Assembly: GCA_021613535.1 (NCBI GenBank)
Contig: CP075492.1
Coordinates: forward strand, 13,764,001 to 13,828,000
Source of the DNA: Adineta vaga
Taxonomy: Eukaryota > Animalia > Rotifera
Length of the DNA stretch: 64,000 nucleotides
Reading direction: 5' to 3'
The position numbers were made by a program, and so were the translations under genes. Positions 1-12,100 of this stretch are shown one piece after another (within the stretch, counting starts at the first letter, position 1; each line of letters opens with the position of its first letter). Below the pieces are notes generated by a model that saw nothing but the letters and a program-made list of their open reading frames with translations, was not told the origin of the DNA and ran no database searches.

Positions 1-784
1 AAGCATTCACGTAAAGATAAATACTGGTATGAATCGTTTAGGATTGGATATAGATGAAATTCCGGTGTTTCTGAATATTCTCTTCAAGTATACTAGGTGT
101 CGTCTGATGGTGAAATCGATTTATACCCATGTAGCAGCTAGTGATGATCCTCAGGAAGATCAATATACAGCCGACCAAACACGTGCCTATCTTTCCAGTG
201 TTCATATCTTGGAGACAGGTCTTGGTTATACAGTATTGAAACATATGTGTAATTCAATGGGTATTTTACGTCATCCAAATCTTCATTTTGATATGGTGCG
301 AGTAGGAGGTGGTTTATATGGTGCTGCTGAATGTTTCCTACCATATATGTCAACATTGTTACCTGCTATATCTATGATGAGTACTGTCACACAAGTACGT
401 CATGTTAAAAAAGATTCGACAATTGGTTATAACCGACGTGGACGAGTCAATCGTGATTCTTTTATTGGGATCCTTCGTCTTGGTTATGCCGATGGTTTAC
501 GACGACAACTAGGAAATGGACATGGACATGTATGGATACATGATTGTCGAGTGTCATTTATTGGTTCTATATGTATGGATTTTGCTATGATCGATCTGAC
601 CGATGTTCCAGTTGATAACAAGTATGAATTAGAAAATGAATCTGTCGAAATATTTGGTAGTCATAATAATATTGAAGAAATAGCTCGGTGTTCTGATACG
701 ATTGTGTTTGATTTTATTTCAACTATTGGTAAAAGAGTAAAGCGTGTGTATATCGAGGATGAAAAGAATAAAGAAGATTTTTAG
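1..784 (+). CDS. alr: Alanine racemase family PLP enzyme, 5'-truncated by the window edge; bacterial-type, intronless in the visible part
   Basis: Frame is open from base 2 (SIHVKINTGMNRLG). Motifs: YTH, CNS, DMVRxGxGLYG, TIGY (catalytic Tyr), GYADG, GSICMD, RVKRVY. The PLP-binding Lys lies upstream of the window. Confidence 0.9.
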   Translation, partial: SIHVKINTGMNRLGLDIDEIPVFLNILFKYTRCRLMVKSIYTHVAASDDPQEDQYTADQTRAYLSSVHILETGLGYTVLKHMCNSMGILRHPNLHFDMVRVGGGLYGAAECFLPYMSTLLPAISMMSTVTQVRHVKKDSTIGYNRRGRVNRDSFIGILRLGYADGLRRQLGNGHGHVWIHDCRVSFIGSICMDFAMIDLTDVPVDNKYELENESVEIFGSHNNIEEIARCSDTIVFDFISTIGKRVKRVYIEDEKNKEDF

Positions 785-907
785 TGCTTACAAAATAGAA
801 TTTTATGTTCCGTAACAGATTAAATTAGAATGTAGTATATTTATTTAAAAGCATTAAACGGCACAAATAAATATATGAACAAAAAAATGACAAATAAAAG
901 ATTCTAT

Positions 908-3201
908 TTAATTAATTATATTATAAACGCTGTCTTGTACTATTTTCTTTCCTTTGAACATATCTGTTAACCAATGACTATCGGCATTCTTTTCTTCTAT
1001 GTAAAGATCAAGTGCTTTTCGACATCTTCGACGAATATTGAAAAGATTCATTAAGTCTGTTGATGATAACAAATGTATTTCTTCACATGCTTGAAATACA
1101 TATTCGATAAAGCCATGTTGAATTCCAACTAAAATTGCTTCATTCTGTTCTGGATGAGCTGATATGCATAACAATTGCGCAGCAAATTGACGCACACATT
1201 CACTAATATTTTCAAGAGAAATACTTGCAATTTCGATAACACCATAAGTTGGTTGATTCGATGTTACTTCATACATACCAGCACAAATATCAGATTCGGG
1301 TAAGAAACCGTAAAGTGCTCGAAGACATCTGATCGCCATCATTCCGTAAGAACTAGCACATTTGGCTGGAAGTGACGAAATATATTCAAAAGGAATGGCT
1401 GATATTGATAGTAAAGATAAAATTGCATCAGTCTTTTCTTCAGATGATAATAGAACAAGTGAACTAATTGGTTCTAAATGAACATTCGAACATCGAGGTG
1501 CCGATGGACGAGTAAGAATTGAATTGAAATTAAGAGTTAAACTAGTATCTGGAAGTTTTATTTCAACATCTGTGAATGTTTCATAAGATTTAGTTCTTTC
1601 CATTGGTATTTCATATTGAGTTAAATGACGAATCCATGCTTGTAGAATGGAAACTTCTTGTGATGTAAATGCACCAAACATACGTCCACCCCATTTCATT
1701 TCACGAACAAGTTTACTTCGTTCCGGTTCACCACGAACAATCCATTGACTATCAGCAAGTGTACGTAGGAAGGTCAGCGAATGATTAGGATAAAGAAGTG
1801 GATCGAGCCAATCATTCAGTTTCATTCCTGTTCGACCTCCAATTTTTCCCAAACATGATGCATGAATTGAATGAGCTGCAATTGATTTTTCACCAAAGAT
1901 TTTTTCTAATGACTTGTCAAGATCAGAATACGGTATTGGTGTTGTAGGAAGTTCAGATGCGAGAAGAAATCCTGCTTGAATACGTTTCCAAGCCGTACTT
2001 TGTTCGACGACAGGCAACGATGTTATATAAGTAATAACAGAATTGACTCCCATAGCTGCATGTCCTGAATGTTTATTATCAATGGAAACATGTAGAACAA
2101 AATAATATGGATCAATGTTTAATTCACGCAGTTCATAGATTGTAATAAGAAGATGTAACGGTAAACTTTCATAGGACATATTAAAACCGAGAATTTCTGG
2201 TAGAAACATATCAGGAAAAAGAGAAATACACAATTGTGCAATAGCACCAGTCCATACACGCACATCGTTATTAGCATTTCGAAAGGATGAAATGAAGTCT
2301 TTTGAATCTCCACGACCAATATCATTTGCATCGATGGATTCTAAGAGTTGTCGATACACCCAAACATGATTTTTCTGTAAATCACCATCACCTAGTTCTT
2401 CACTTAGAATTTGCCATAAAGTTTTCGTAAATGAACGATACATCATATTCGTTGTAGTTCGATGTATACCACCGATCCAAGCACCATCTACATATTTGAC
2501 AGGTGCAACTGTACGAAGCCAATACTTGGCATAGGTTACATCAGGAAATAATTCACGGGAACCTCCATTTTGTCGACGTTCAAGATACTCTTTATAACCT
2601 ACAGTAACATCGAAGTATTCATCATCAAGAAATTTTGTGAGTGCTGCTGATGAGAACGTAGGTACAGCATTGAGTATATTTCGTGACGAAGATGTACGTG
2701 CTGAATCAATTGTGAAATCAAAAAGTGAAAGAAGTCGATTGTAAGCGACATGTAATGCTTCGGGATAATGTTCGAGATTTTGTAATTGATGATAGAGTTG
2801 TTTGTCGAGATCGAGTTGAGAAATCAATGCAGTTAGATCTTCTGTCTAAGAAAAAAAAAAGAATCGTCTTTTTTTTCATAAAACGCATTTCGTACTAAAT
2901 GACCCTTAAAATAAATATCATACACGTTGATTATCGCTATTACTTTCAATATGTTGAGATAAGAAGAATGTTTTTCTTTCGATTCATTTTTATTATCAAC
3001 AACAGATAAACGACGTGAGTATTTTTAAATGAAATTTTCATCAAGTTTATATTTATAAAAACGTACCTTGTTGAAAGTAAATTGATCTGTGATTGTTTTC
3101 TTTTTATTAAATCCGTTAAAAATATTTTTTTTAATTGAATGCACCATCCAATAATAGACGAAGAGTAGAAATGCAAAAAGAGAGGAGAAGACACTCAGCA
3201 T
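908..3201 (-). CDS. Heme-oxygenase-like diiron oxidase (iron-containing redox enzyme family), about 690 aa, with N-terminal hydrophobic anchor; exons 3201-3067 and 2845-908
   Basis: Metal-ligand motifs VDGAW, SEELGDG-x4-NH, GFNMSYE and YFVLHVSIDNKHSGH. A polyT-cttag acceptor at 2846 and an aag|gtacgt donor at 3066 join in phase 0 to a 45-codon exon MLSVFSSLFAFLLFVYYWMVHSIKK...FNK. Confidence 0.85.
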
Positions 3202-3653
3202 ATTAAAAAAAAAGAAACTTGAATATACACAACGTATTCATGCAAGACAGATAGTTATAGGTATGATTACGTCTTCTGTATATTTATACATACATTAATG
3301 TGACGCTCTCGCTTACATGCGCTGTACGCATGCTGTTTGCCCTCACTTCGGTACATTTTGCTGTACTTTGATATTACCTTTCCTTACCTTCTATTGACGG
3401 ATGAGTATATAAGCATGTGTTTTGTATCATATCGATGCGATTTATATGAGGAAGAAATAAATAAACGCGTAGTCCCATCAGCGTAAGCATCTCCTCCATC
3501 GAAAATCGTCACAATTATATTGCACGCAGGCTCCTCGATACTTATGTAATGTATGTTTTTAACTTAGAGTGCAATACGAAAAAAGTTATTGAGTACAAAA
3601 TAAAATTATTTTAGCATTCAAGTCTTCACAATTGGATATATCTCAGTGATACA
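3202..3653. promoter_or_regulatory. Probable bidirectional promoter between the HDO and methyltransferase genes
   Basis: 452 nt between two divergent ATGs, locally CpG-rich (3300-3355), with TATA-like tatataag near 3407. Inferred from geometry only. Confidence 0.5.
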
Positions 3654-4681
3654 ATGTCTCCAACAATGAACGACGATATCTTATTACAACTTGCACAAGC
3701 TATAAAGCAAACTGATTACCATTTTATTACAGTGACACCAGCAGTGAGTAAATTTTTTCTGTCCTTCAATCAGATGATATATACACGTGCTTTAATCTTA
3801 AGACGCATGCACGTGTCAATCGTCGTGCGGAGAATCGTTGGGCAAGAACGTTAAACGATGTGTTTGGATGGAGTCGACCATTTCATAGTGATCTATTCGT
3901 CGATAACAAAGATCTATTTGATCTTATGCATAGAGCACAAATACTTGTTGAAATAAAAGATAATAATGAAGAAAATTGGCGAAGTTCTATACGAATATCA
4001 AGTCTGGATAATGAATTATTTTTACATTCTGCTTATCCTACATCAGCTGCTGATTCTGTTTTCTTTGGACCGGACACATACCGATTTTCACGTGCTATTC
4101 GTGCAGTTATAGATGCACGTCCTTCGACGGCTCCTGCTGTACGTCGTGTCGTCGATATTGGTTGTGGAGCTGGACCAGGTGCTATTATGCTTGCTAAAAC
4201 TTATCCAAATGCGGAAATTTTAGGAGTTGATATTAATGATACTGCACTTCGTTTAACTTCAATCAATGCTCGTCTCGCAAATGTCAATGTCATTGCCTGT
4301 CATAGTGATCTTCTGAAAGATGTTCAAGGTGATTTCGATATGATTATATCAAATCCACCTTATCTAGTCGATTCTTCAATGAGACGATATCGACATGGTG
4401 GAGGTTCGCTTGGAGCAGAATTGTCTGTTGCCATTGTCAATTCAGCTTGCCAACGACTTACCAATGGTGGAACATTACTTCTTTACACTGGTTCGGCAAT
4501 TATGAATGGTCAAGATCTATTTTATGAGGAAGTTAAGAACAAATTAGATAATTCTGGCTTATGTTGGACCTATGAAGAAGTCGATCCTGATGTATTTGGT
4601 GAAGAATTAGAAACTGAAACTTATGTTCATGCAGATCGAATTGCTGCTGTTGTTCTTATTGCAACAAAAAACTCAGTTTGA
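3654..4681 (+). CDS. Class I SAM-dependent methyltransferase, HemK/PrmC-like NPPY type, 322 aa; exons 3654-3743 and 3803-4681
   Basis: A 59-nt phase-0 intron (gtgagt...taag) joins YHFITVTPA to THARVNRRAENRWARTLNDVFGWSRPF. Motifs VFFGPDTYRF, VDIGCGAG, DIN, NPPY, YRHGGG. Confidence 0.9.
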
Positions 4682-4697
4682 TTATTATAAACGAAAT

Positions 4698-5003
4698 TAT
4701 TAGAGAGACTAATGTGTTTCTTTCGAATGTTCGTAGTTTATTTAGTAAAATGTAAAAACACACACACACATCACACCACTCTCTTCTCTAACACTTTACC
4801 GAGAAAAACATGTATATATATATATATATATATAATCACACAAAGAAAAGTGAATACACATATATCACGAATAAAGAGAAGAAAGAGATGATATCATCAA
4901 AAGAAAGGATCTAAGTCGAGAGAGAGATGAAAGATGAAAGACGAGATCAATGGAAAGAAAGAGAAGACTAGAGAACATGAAGAGATAGGTGTCACCTGTA
5001 ACA
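4698..5003 (-). mobile_element. Probable solo LTR (306 bp) with 5-bp target-site duplication GAAAT
   Basis: GAAAT at 4693-4697 and 5004-5008. Termini TATTA...TAACA are one substitution from a TGTTA/TAACA inverted pair. The minus strand has a TA run followed by AATAAA near its 3' end. No ORF. Confidence 0.65.
4813..4834. repeat. (TA)11 microsatellite inside the putative LTR
   Basis: Read directly from the sequence. Confidence 0.9.
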
Positions 5004-6110
5004 GAAATAAACTATACATTTTGAGAATATGCATGTTGAATATATTTAACATACTAAACAAAGTCAGATATTATCAATTTGACTATAGGTTTTAATTAAG
5101 AAGTCTTTTGCATTTATACTATCAAAAATGAATTGAATCATTTTAAAGTAAAGATAAACTTGTAACATGCATCGATGGGTAATGTTCTGGAGTATAGACT
5201 GAATTAGGAAACAACGAAATCAATTTTACGTAAACTTGTATTGCAAATGAAGAACATCAATATTTACCACAAATTATTATCGAAGTCATCGCTGATCGAA
5301 ATTCGAATCCAGAATTTGAAATTATGTTTGATTGTGATTATGGTCAATGCAACAGTGGCGTTAATTTCAACCACATCATGAGTCTAATCGATAAAATTAT
5401 TCCCAAAAACGAATCAGAAATAAACAGCACGATATCGACTAAAACAACTCAACCATCAATTTCAACAACTTTAAATCCAACGATCATCAGTAAGTATGTA
5501 ACATCAAAGAATAACAGATTGCACCAGACAAGTACTGCAAGCATGATGTGTATTATTCACAAATTTCGAAAAATATTCTAGTGATAATTGATCATCATAC
5601 TACTAATAATGAACGAACAAAGTTATGGAACTAGTGCAGCTAATTTCATTCCAATTAACTTAAATAAAGATGTATTGGATGTCACTTTCGACGACTGCAA
5701 TTTGACTTCATTTAATTTTGCTTCGTAAAGTGATGTATAACTATGCTGATTATTACCATATTTATGTGCTAAAAATGATTCAATTCCATGACAACTAGAA
5801 GAGAATTATATTGATTCATCAGTAATATGACTGATAACTTCTTGTGTATACGTTTCCCAGTCAAAACGATACAAGATAATAAAAAGAACAGTATTGATAA
5901 ATATTTCAACATAGTAGTCATACCAATCGAAAATCTAAAAATATTCGTATATAACTTGTTCAAATAAAGGCCATTATATAAGCACATAGGAAGGTCAATA
6001 TCACAAAATCTGATCAAACAAACAACTGATGTTCAATTTTTCATTCCAGTAGAACAGATAAATCACCCACACGCACCCAATCTCTTATTTCTTCGGGAAT
6101 AATGAGTAAT

Positions 6111-6741
6111 TGGTTTGGTATTGGTATCATTATTGGATATGACGTTGATTTTCATGTTTAAACAGCTACAGGACGATTATTAAGCGTTGGATTATACTTG
6201 TTGAATTTAATATTAGTAGCAACATATACTACTAATTTTTAGCATCGGATCTAACGATATCAAAGTCAAAACATATTACATCTGACATTGTTGATCTAAA
6301 GGGTGGAAAGATACCTTTCAGTCGTATTGGTGTTTGTGTGAATACAGCTGATGAAGAATATTTTCTTCAAGAAATATCAGATGGAAGTCGTATTTATTAT
6401 CCATTAAAATCTTTGCAATATATGATTGATGGTCTATTGAACGGTAATATTGATGCAACTTTCTTAGACAATGGTTCTGCTGAATATATAACGAATCATA
6501 TCGATTGTAATTTAACTTTAATTGGAGAAAGTTTTACTCCAGTTGTATTTGCTATTGTTGAATGAAAACAGTAGTTGTATGAACAAGACTTTGAAACAAA
6601 GAATTGTATTGAATCAACTAAAACAATATTTTCAATGGATATTGAATACATGGGTGGATTATTTCTTACATTTGGTGTCATTTGTGTTTTATCCGTATTG
6701 CTATTTATATAGATCAAATGGTCAAAGATAAGGAATTATTA
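6111..6741 (+). pseudogene. Decayed fragment (pore loop, M3, S2, M4) of an AvGluR-type glutamate receptor paralog
   Basis: WFGIGIIIGYDVDFHV*TATGRLLSVGLY...ATYTTN/LASDLT...EISDGSRIYYPLKS...CNLTLIGE aligns by eye to the 35333-38020 protein. Stops at 6159 and 6563, frameshift in the T-run near 6238. Confidence 0.85.
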
Positions 6742-7154
6742 ATGTAAAAAAACGTTGTTTTTTTCAAAACTTGTTTTGTTAGTTGAAAAGACGAGATGAT
6801 TCATATGCTGTAAAAGTACACAAACACGATGAAGTTTGTTTTAAGAAACAATAATAAGGTACTTGATGAAAAATTCGTAATGTTATTTGCATGATTTTAT
6901 TAAAACACTGGCATCGAGTCACATCGTAGCCTATCCCATAAGTCAACAAAAAGAAAGAAGTGAGCATTTTTTCTCAATGCATTTCTTCCTACGGTTTTTA
7001 TTTTGATTTAATTTCATCATAATAACGTTTTTGAGAGAATGAAAATAAATGTTATTAGTAGGCATTCGATTCATTTGAATATAGTGAGAGAATTGTAACA
7101 GGTGAACAGAAAAAAATCGTTTGTCAACTTTATTTTAACGTCTTGTCGAGCAAA

Positions 7155-8701
7155 ATGAAGAGATTATTATTACTTTTTTTTATTACTATATTACAATTTT
7201 ATATTACAGGTGTGTTTTGTGATCTTTGTCGTATTAATATTATCATCGTAATGAACTATTTCTAGGTCTTATTGCAACACCGTCTGATTATACTTGTGGT
7301 GATAATAATCGTGAAGCTAGATACAGCTATTCACCATCATCTCATTCGGCAAGAGATTCATCAATAAATTGTTCGGTAGCAGAATGCACTTCAAGTTTAA
7401 CTGATCCTAACAGCTGTCGTTCATCATCAACCCCATGTTTCACTTATCAACTGTACAATAGTACCAATATTTGTGCTCCAGCTGTTATGTGTTCAATTTT
7501 CGACCCATGTGACAATACTACATATCAATGTACGGCAAATGCGACGGTTTGTGTCATAAATACATGTTGTTCACCAAAAGCAGTGTGTTTGCCATTGTAT
7601 ACGTTGAATTTCTGCAAACCTAGTGGTAAGAATAGTTTAATCTGTGCGATTACATCCATGCCGCCAAGAAATATCTTAAATTTTTCTTTATTTTATTAAG
7701 AATGGTCAAACTCTGGCAGTTTGAATACACCACGGCACTCTCATTCAGCATCTATTTTAAGTGATGGGAAAGTATTAGTTGCTGGTGGATCAAATAATGG
7801 TGTGTATTTAAAAAGTGCGGAGCTATTCGATCCAGCAACAGGAATTTGGACGAATATTAATCCTATGCGTTATGCACGAGAATCACATACAGCATCTGTC
7901 CTATCGAACGGAAAAGTTTTAGTTGTTGGTGGTTTTAACGGATCTGTTGTAGATTATGCAGAATTATATGATCCATCAACAGGGAATTGGAGCCTCACCA
8001 CTCGTCTGAATAATACACGATATTCACATGCAGCTGTTGTCTTATCAAATGGATCAGTATTAATTACTGGTGGACTTAATAATGTTGCTCTAGCTACAAC
8101 TGAATTATACGATCCAGTAACAGAACTTTGGACAGTTGCAAGCAGTATGTCTAATGCACGATTTTATCATACATTATCGATGTTATCTGATGGATCAGTG
8201 TTGGCTGTAGGTGGATATGATGGTTTCTATTTAAATAGTGTAGAATTATTTAATCCTCTCAATGGAAGTTGGATCCTAACTGGCAGTATGAATAGTTCAC
8301 GACGCCAGCATACTGCATCTGTATTAACAAATAGAACGGTATTAGTTACAGGTGGAAGAGATTCTTTTGGTTATTTGTATAGTTCTGAATTATACGATCC
8401 AACAAGTGAAATATGGTCTCTCACAGGTAGTATACATATTGCACGATTTGGACATACAACAACTGTTTTACCTAATGGAAAAGTGTTGATGACTGGAGGA
8501 GATGATGGTACTAGTAATATAAGAAGCACTGAATTATATGATTTTTCCACAGAAACTTGGACAATAATTAGTAACGTAAGTGATGCAAGATATTGGCACA
8601 CAGTATCAATATTAAATAGTAGAAAAATATTAGTCACTGGTGGACGACATAGGCATTACATCAATATCTACTACACAAATTTTTTAATCATCAGAAATTG
8701 A
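7155..8701 (+). CDS. Secreted kelch-repeat beta-propeller protein with Cys-rich N-terminal domain; exons 7155-7209, 7266-7625, 7701-8701
   Basis: Signal peptide MKRLLLLFFITILQFYITG, two phase-1 GT-AG introns, and six full plus one partial repeat of R-x2-HTASVLxNGKVLVxGG...ELYDP...W. Confidence 0.85.
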
Positions 8702-9103
8702 TTCATGGAAAAGAACAGGAAATTTTTTTATCGACTATATAACTTCTTTGGATGTTTTCCTTTTATCTCAATAAACTTCGACTCAGATCTAGATGAATAC
8801 TGAAATACCGCGAATAGAATAGATGCATTATCAAGTTTTACAATATGAAAAGTTCAACATACAACAAAAGATAGAACTTTTCTGAATAATTGATGACTTT
8901 GAATGCTATAAGGAACATAAAACAGATGAATTAATGCAGAAGAAGAAAATCCAAATTATGATTTTCGTCAATACAAAAGAAATATTTAGTTTAGAATTTA
9001 TTAGAAAAATTAAAAAATGCTAATTATGATAAAATAGTGTTCTCAATATCTTAATTAATGAAATATATATGATATAAAAAATGAAATTGAACGTTTCGTA
9101 AAA

Positions 9104-12100
9104 TCATTGGACTACATCTATATCGAGCGATTTGAATTCGTCGATGACATCATCCATAGGTTGCTTAAATTTAACTTCGTCTAAACATAATATATTATCA
9201 TAAGTTTATATCGATGGGAAAATATTACCTGGCATATATTTGTTTCCATCTTTAGCATTCTTTTTCTTTTGTACCCAATATAGCCCAGCGACGACTACCA
9301 CTATCACCACAACTACTAGGGCAATAACAATTCCAACAATAAGACCAATATTATTTCCAGTATTTGATTCCGTGTTCTTTACTTCGGATGAAACGTAATA
9401 GGAACGACCATTGATATAAACTGAGGAAACAGTTAAGCCAGGTATAGCACGAGGATCCGATAAAATCGATTCCACTGCCTTTGAAATACTAACAGAAAGA
9501 GAATCTACTTGGAATAAGAAAACCATTTCTCCTGTAAAAATAAATATATTTCAATTCGAATTTTCGTCAAACAAATTCGTAAATATACCTTCTACTATGA
9601 CGACATCACTAATTAATGGCATACCAATCTCTAATAAATAGTTATAGATCATTGCTCTTTTTATTTCAAGTAAATTCGAGGCTTGAAGTGCATCATAATT
9701 ATTTATAAATGTTATATTATTGGATAGAAAACGGACATCAGTAACAAACGCATCTACGAAAGAGAACATATGAGAAAGAAAGATTGAAATAATTTCATTA
9801 CACATACTATTATCATCATCATTGTCATCATTATTCTTATTTTTGACAAGGATGCCATTGGATGTCAATGTAATAACATGTTCATTATTTGTTGATACTA
9901 AACGAATATTTAATATAAACATACCAAGAGAATTAATCGTAAAATCCGGTATTGTAACAGGTTTTGTGGGTTCACTGATGATAGATCTAGAAGAACTAGG
10001 TTTGATTAATGTACCTTCTCGATGAAATTTCGGTAGAGTATATAGTGTAACATTAGCTGTCCATGTCCAGCCATCCCATTGTGTTTTTCCTATTTGACGA
10101 CGAGTTATATTATCAATAAGTATAATAGAAATGTCGAATGTTTGATCAATATCAATCACATAGGTATTATTGATTTGTTGACCAGCTAAACTAGCATTTG
10201 TAACAGTAATAGGGTCACTTCGAACAGTAAGATTTGTTCTTAGAAAAAACGAACTAAGAAAAATGAATAAAATAGTAATGCATAATGTTAGAAGCGTTTG
10301 AATAAATACCTATTGACGCCGTCTGGTTGAATGAATGTAAACTGTACTTCAAATACACCAATGTCTGGCAAACCGAAAAGACTATATTGTGTTTGTCCTT
10401 CTGTATAATTAGCTATAGCACCAGGTAAGATTACATTTGGTTGATTAACAATTGTAGCTTTGACTTGCCATGGTCGATCGTTCGAACCTAATTTCTGAAT
10501 AATATTATCTTCTGAATCATAGGCAACAAGTACTGGTTGAAAGGTACATGGACTCTGTTGACGACATTGATCGGGCACTATTTTTAGTTTGGTTCGATTG
10601 ATTATACTCAAGTTGGCTGTAGAATAATTGAACGGTTCTTGTACACTTAAACTGAAAGGACTTGTACCATTTGTAAAGTTGAGATCTGCCCAAGTTTTTT
10701 TCAATTCACCCGATTGATAACTGTTGATGATTGCTGAAGCTATATTCGATAGTACTTCAGCACTAACACCGCTAGTTGAGGTGGCCTTAGTTCGAGGATC
10801 ATCTCGTATTTCAATAATTACTCTGCTAAACTCATCGCCGTTTAGGCTACGACTACTATAAATAAAATGTTTAAGAAAAGTAGTAAGTTATATTTTAAAT
10901 TTACCTTAAACGAGACTCTCTCACGATTTTAACTCGGCGAATTTTTACTGGATCAAATCTGAATACAGCAGCTAAGTTATTGGCGACGTTGGTAATAAAG
11001 AAAGTCGACTCATTCATCGGTGGTATACCAAAATCGAGAAAAAGTAATGGAGATTGTTTAAGTTCGATTGTAGTGTTACCATCGATTAGAAAATAGACCA
11101 GCCGATATGTTCTATTTACAAATGAAACAGAAATATTCAAAGTCAATACAATATAGATAATAAAAAGAAATCCATTCAAACCTATCGAAATAATTTGATC
11201 CACTAGGTGATGATAGATTCACTTTATTGGGTTCATCAAGTAATAGAAGAGCACCGGCTTGTGGATCACGATTGGTTGGTGAAACATATATGTTATTAGC
11301 GTAAATATCAATTTGTTGTAATGATTTGTAATAAAAAGCCAATATACATCTCACTGACGAATTCGAATTAATTAAACGAAAACGTATATGTTTTGGTGGA
11401 TCATCATTAAGATAGATCTCATATTTCATTTCAGAATGAACAATTGCCATAAATGTTGATATACGTCGTCGATTTCGGATTTCCGTATTACCGTTAGAAT
11501 AATGCCGAGGTCCACTGATTAAATCAATATAACCACTAGCAGACATGATTGCAACAGGTGCGAGAGACCGTTTTTCAGTATCGTCGTCCATACTTTCAAT
11601 AATTAACATGTAATAATTAGTCATGTAATCACACATATACATTTGCCATGCCGGTTTGAAAGCACATGAACCACTACGACTAATCCCACGATATGGATAT
11701 TTTTCACTAATATTAAATTCTCTTCCGAACAAATCAGTTCTTGCTGCAGGTGGAATTCTCCAATCACCAATGCCGTGATCTCGGTTATCTACAAATACAG
11801 TGATATTGAATCTTTCTTATAAATAAACGATTTTTTACTCCATATAATTTCTGATTGGGAAGTCGCACTACTCGATTTATCGAGTAGAGTTCCATCAATA
11901 TCCTTCACGACATTCTTTTTCTGACCGTCACAATCCATACCTAAATTGTTGATAAATTATCGATCTTGCCCATAGTAATAATTACAATCAACTTACCATT
12001 GCAAAATTGTGGTTGGACATATTTCAAATCTGGTTTTCCATTAAAGAGTATATTTGAATTCGATACATTATATCGAAATATTGAACTTGTTGTGATAGGA

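Noticed and set aside
1-4681. Bacterial contaminant contig or operon
   Set aside because: Two of the genes have GT-AG introns, the orientations are not operon-like, and composition matches the flanking rotifer genes.
5170-6020. Short ORFs 5324-5581 and 5769-6017 as genes
   Set aside because: They may be remnants of secreted-protein genes, but I could not build a consistent exon structure or assign a family.
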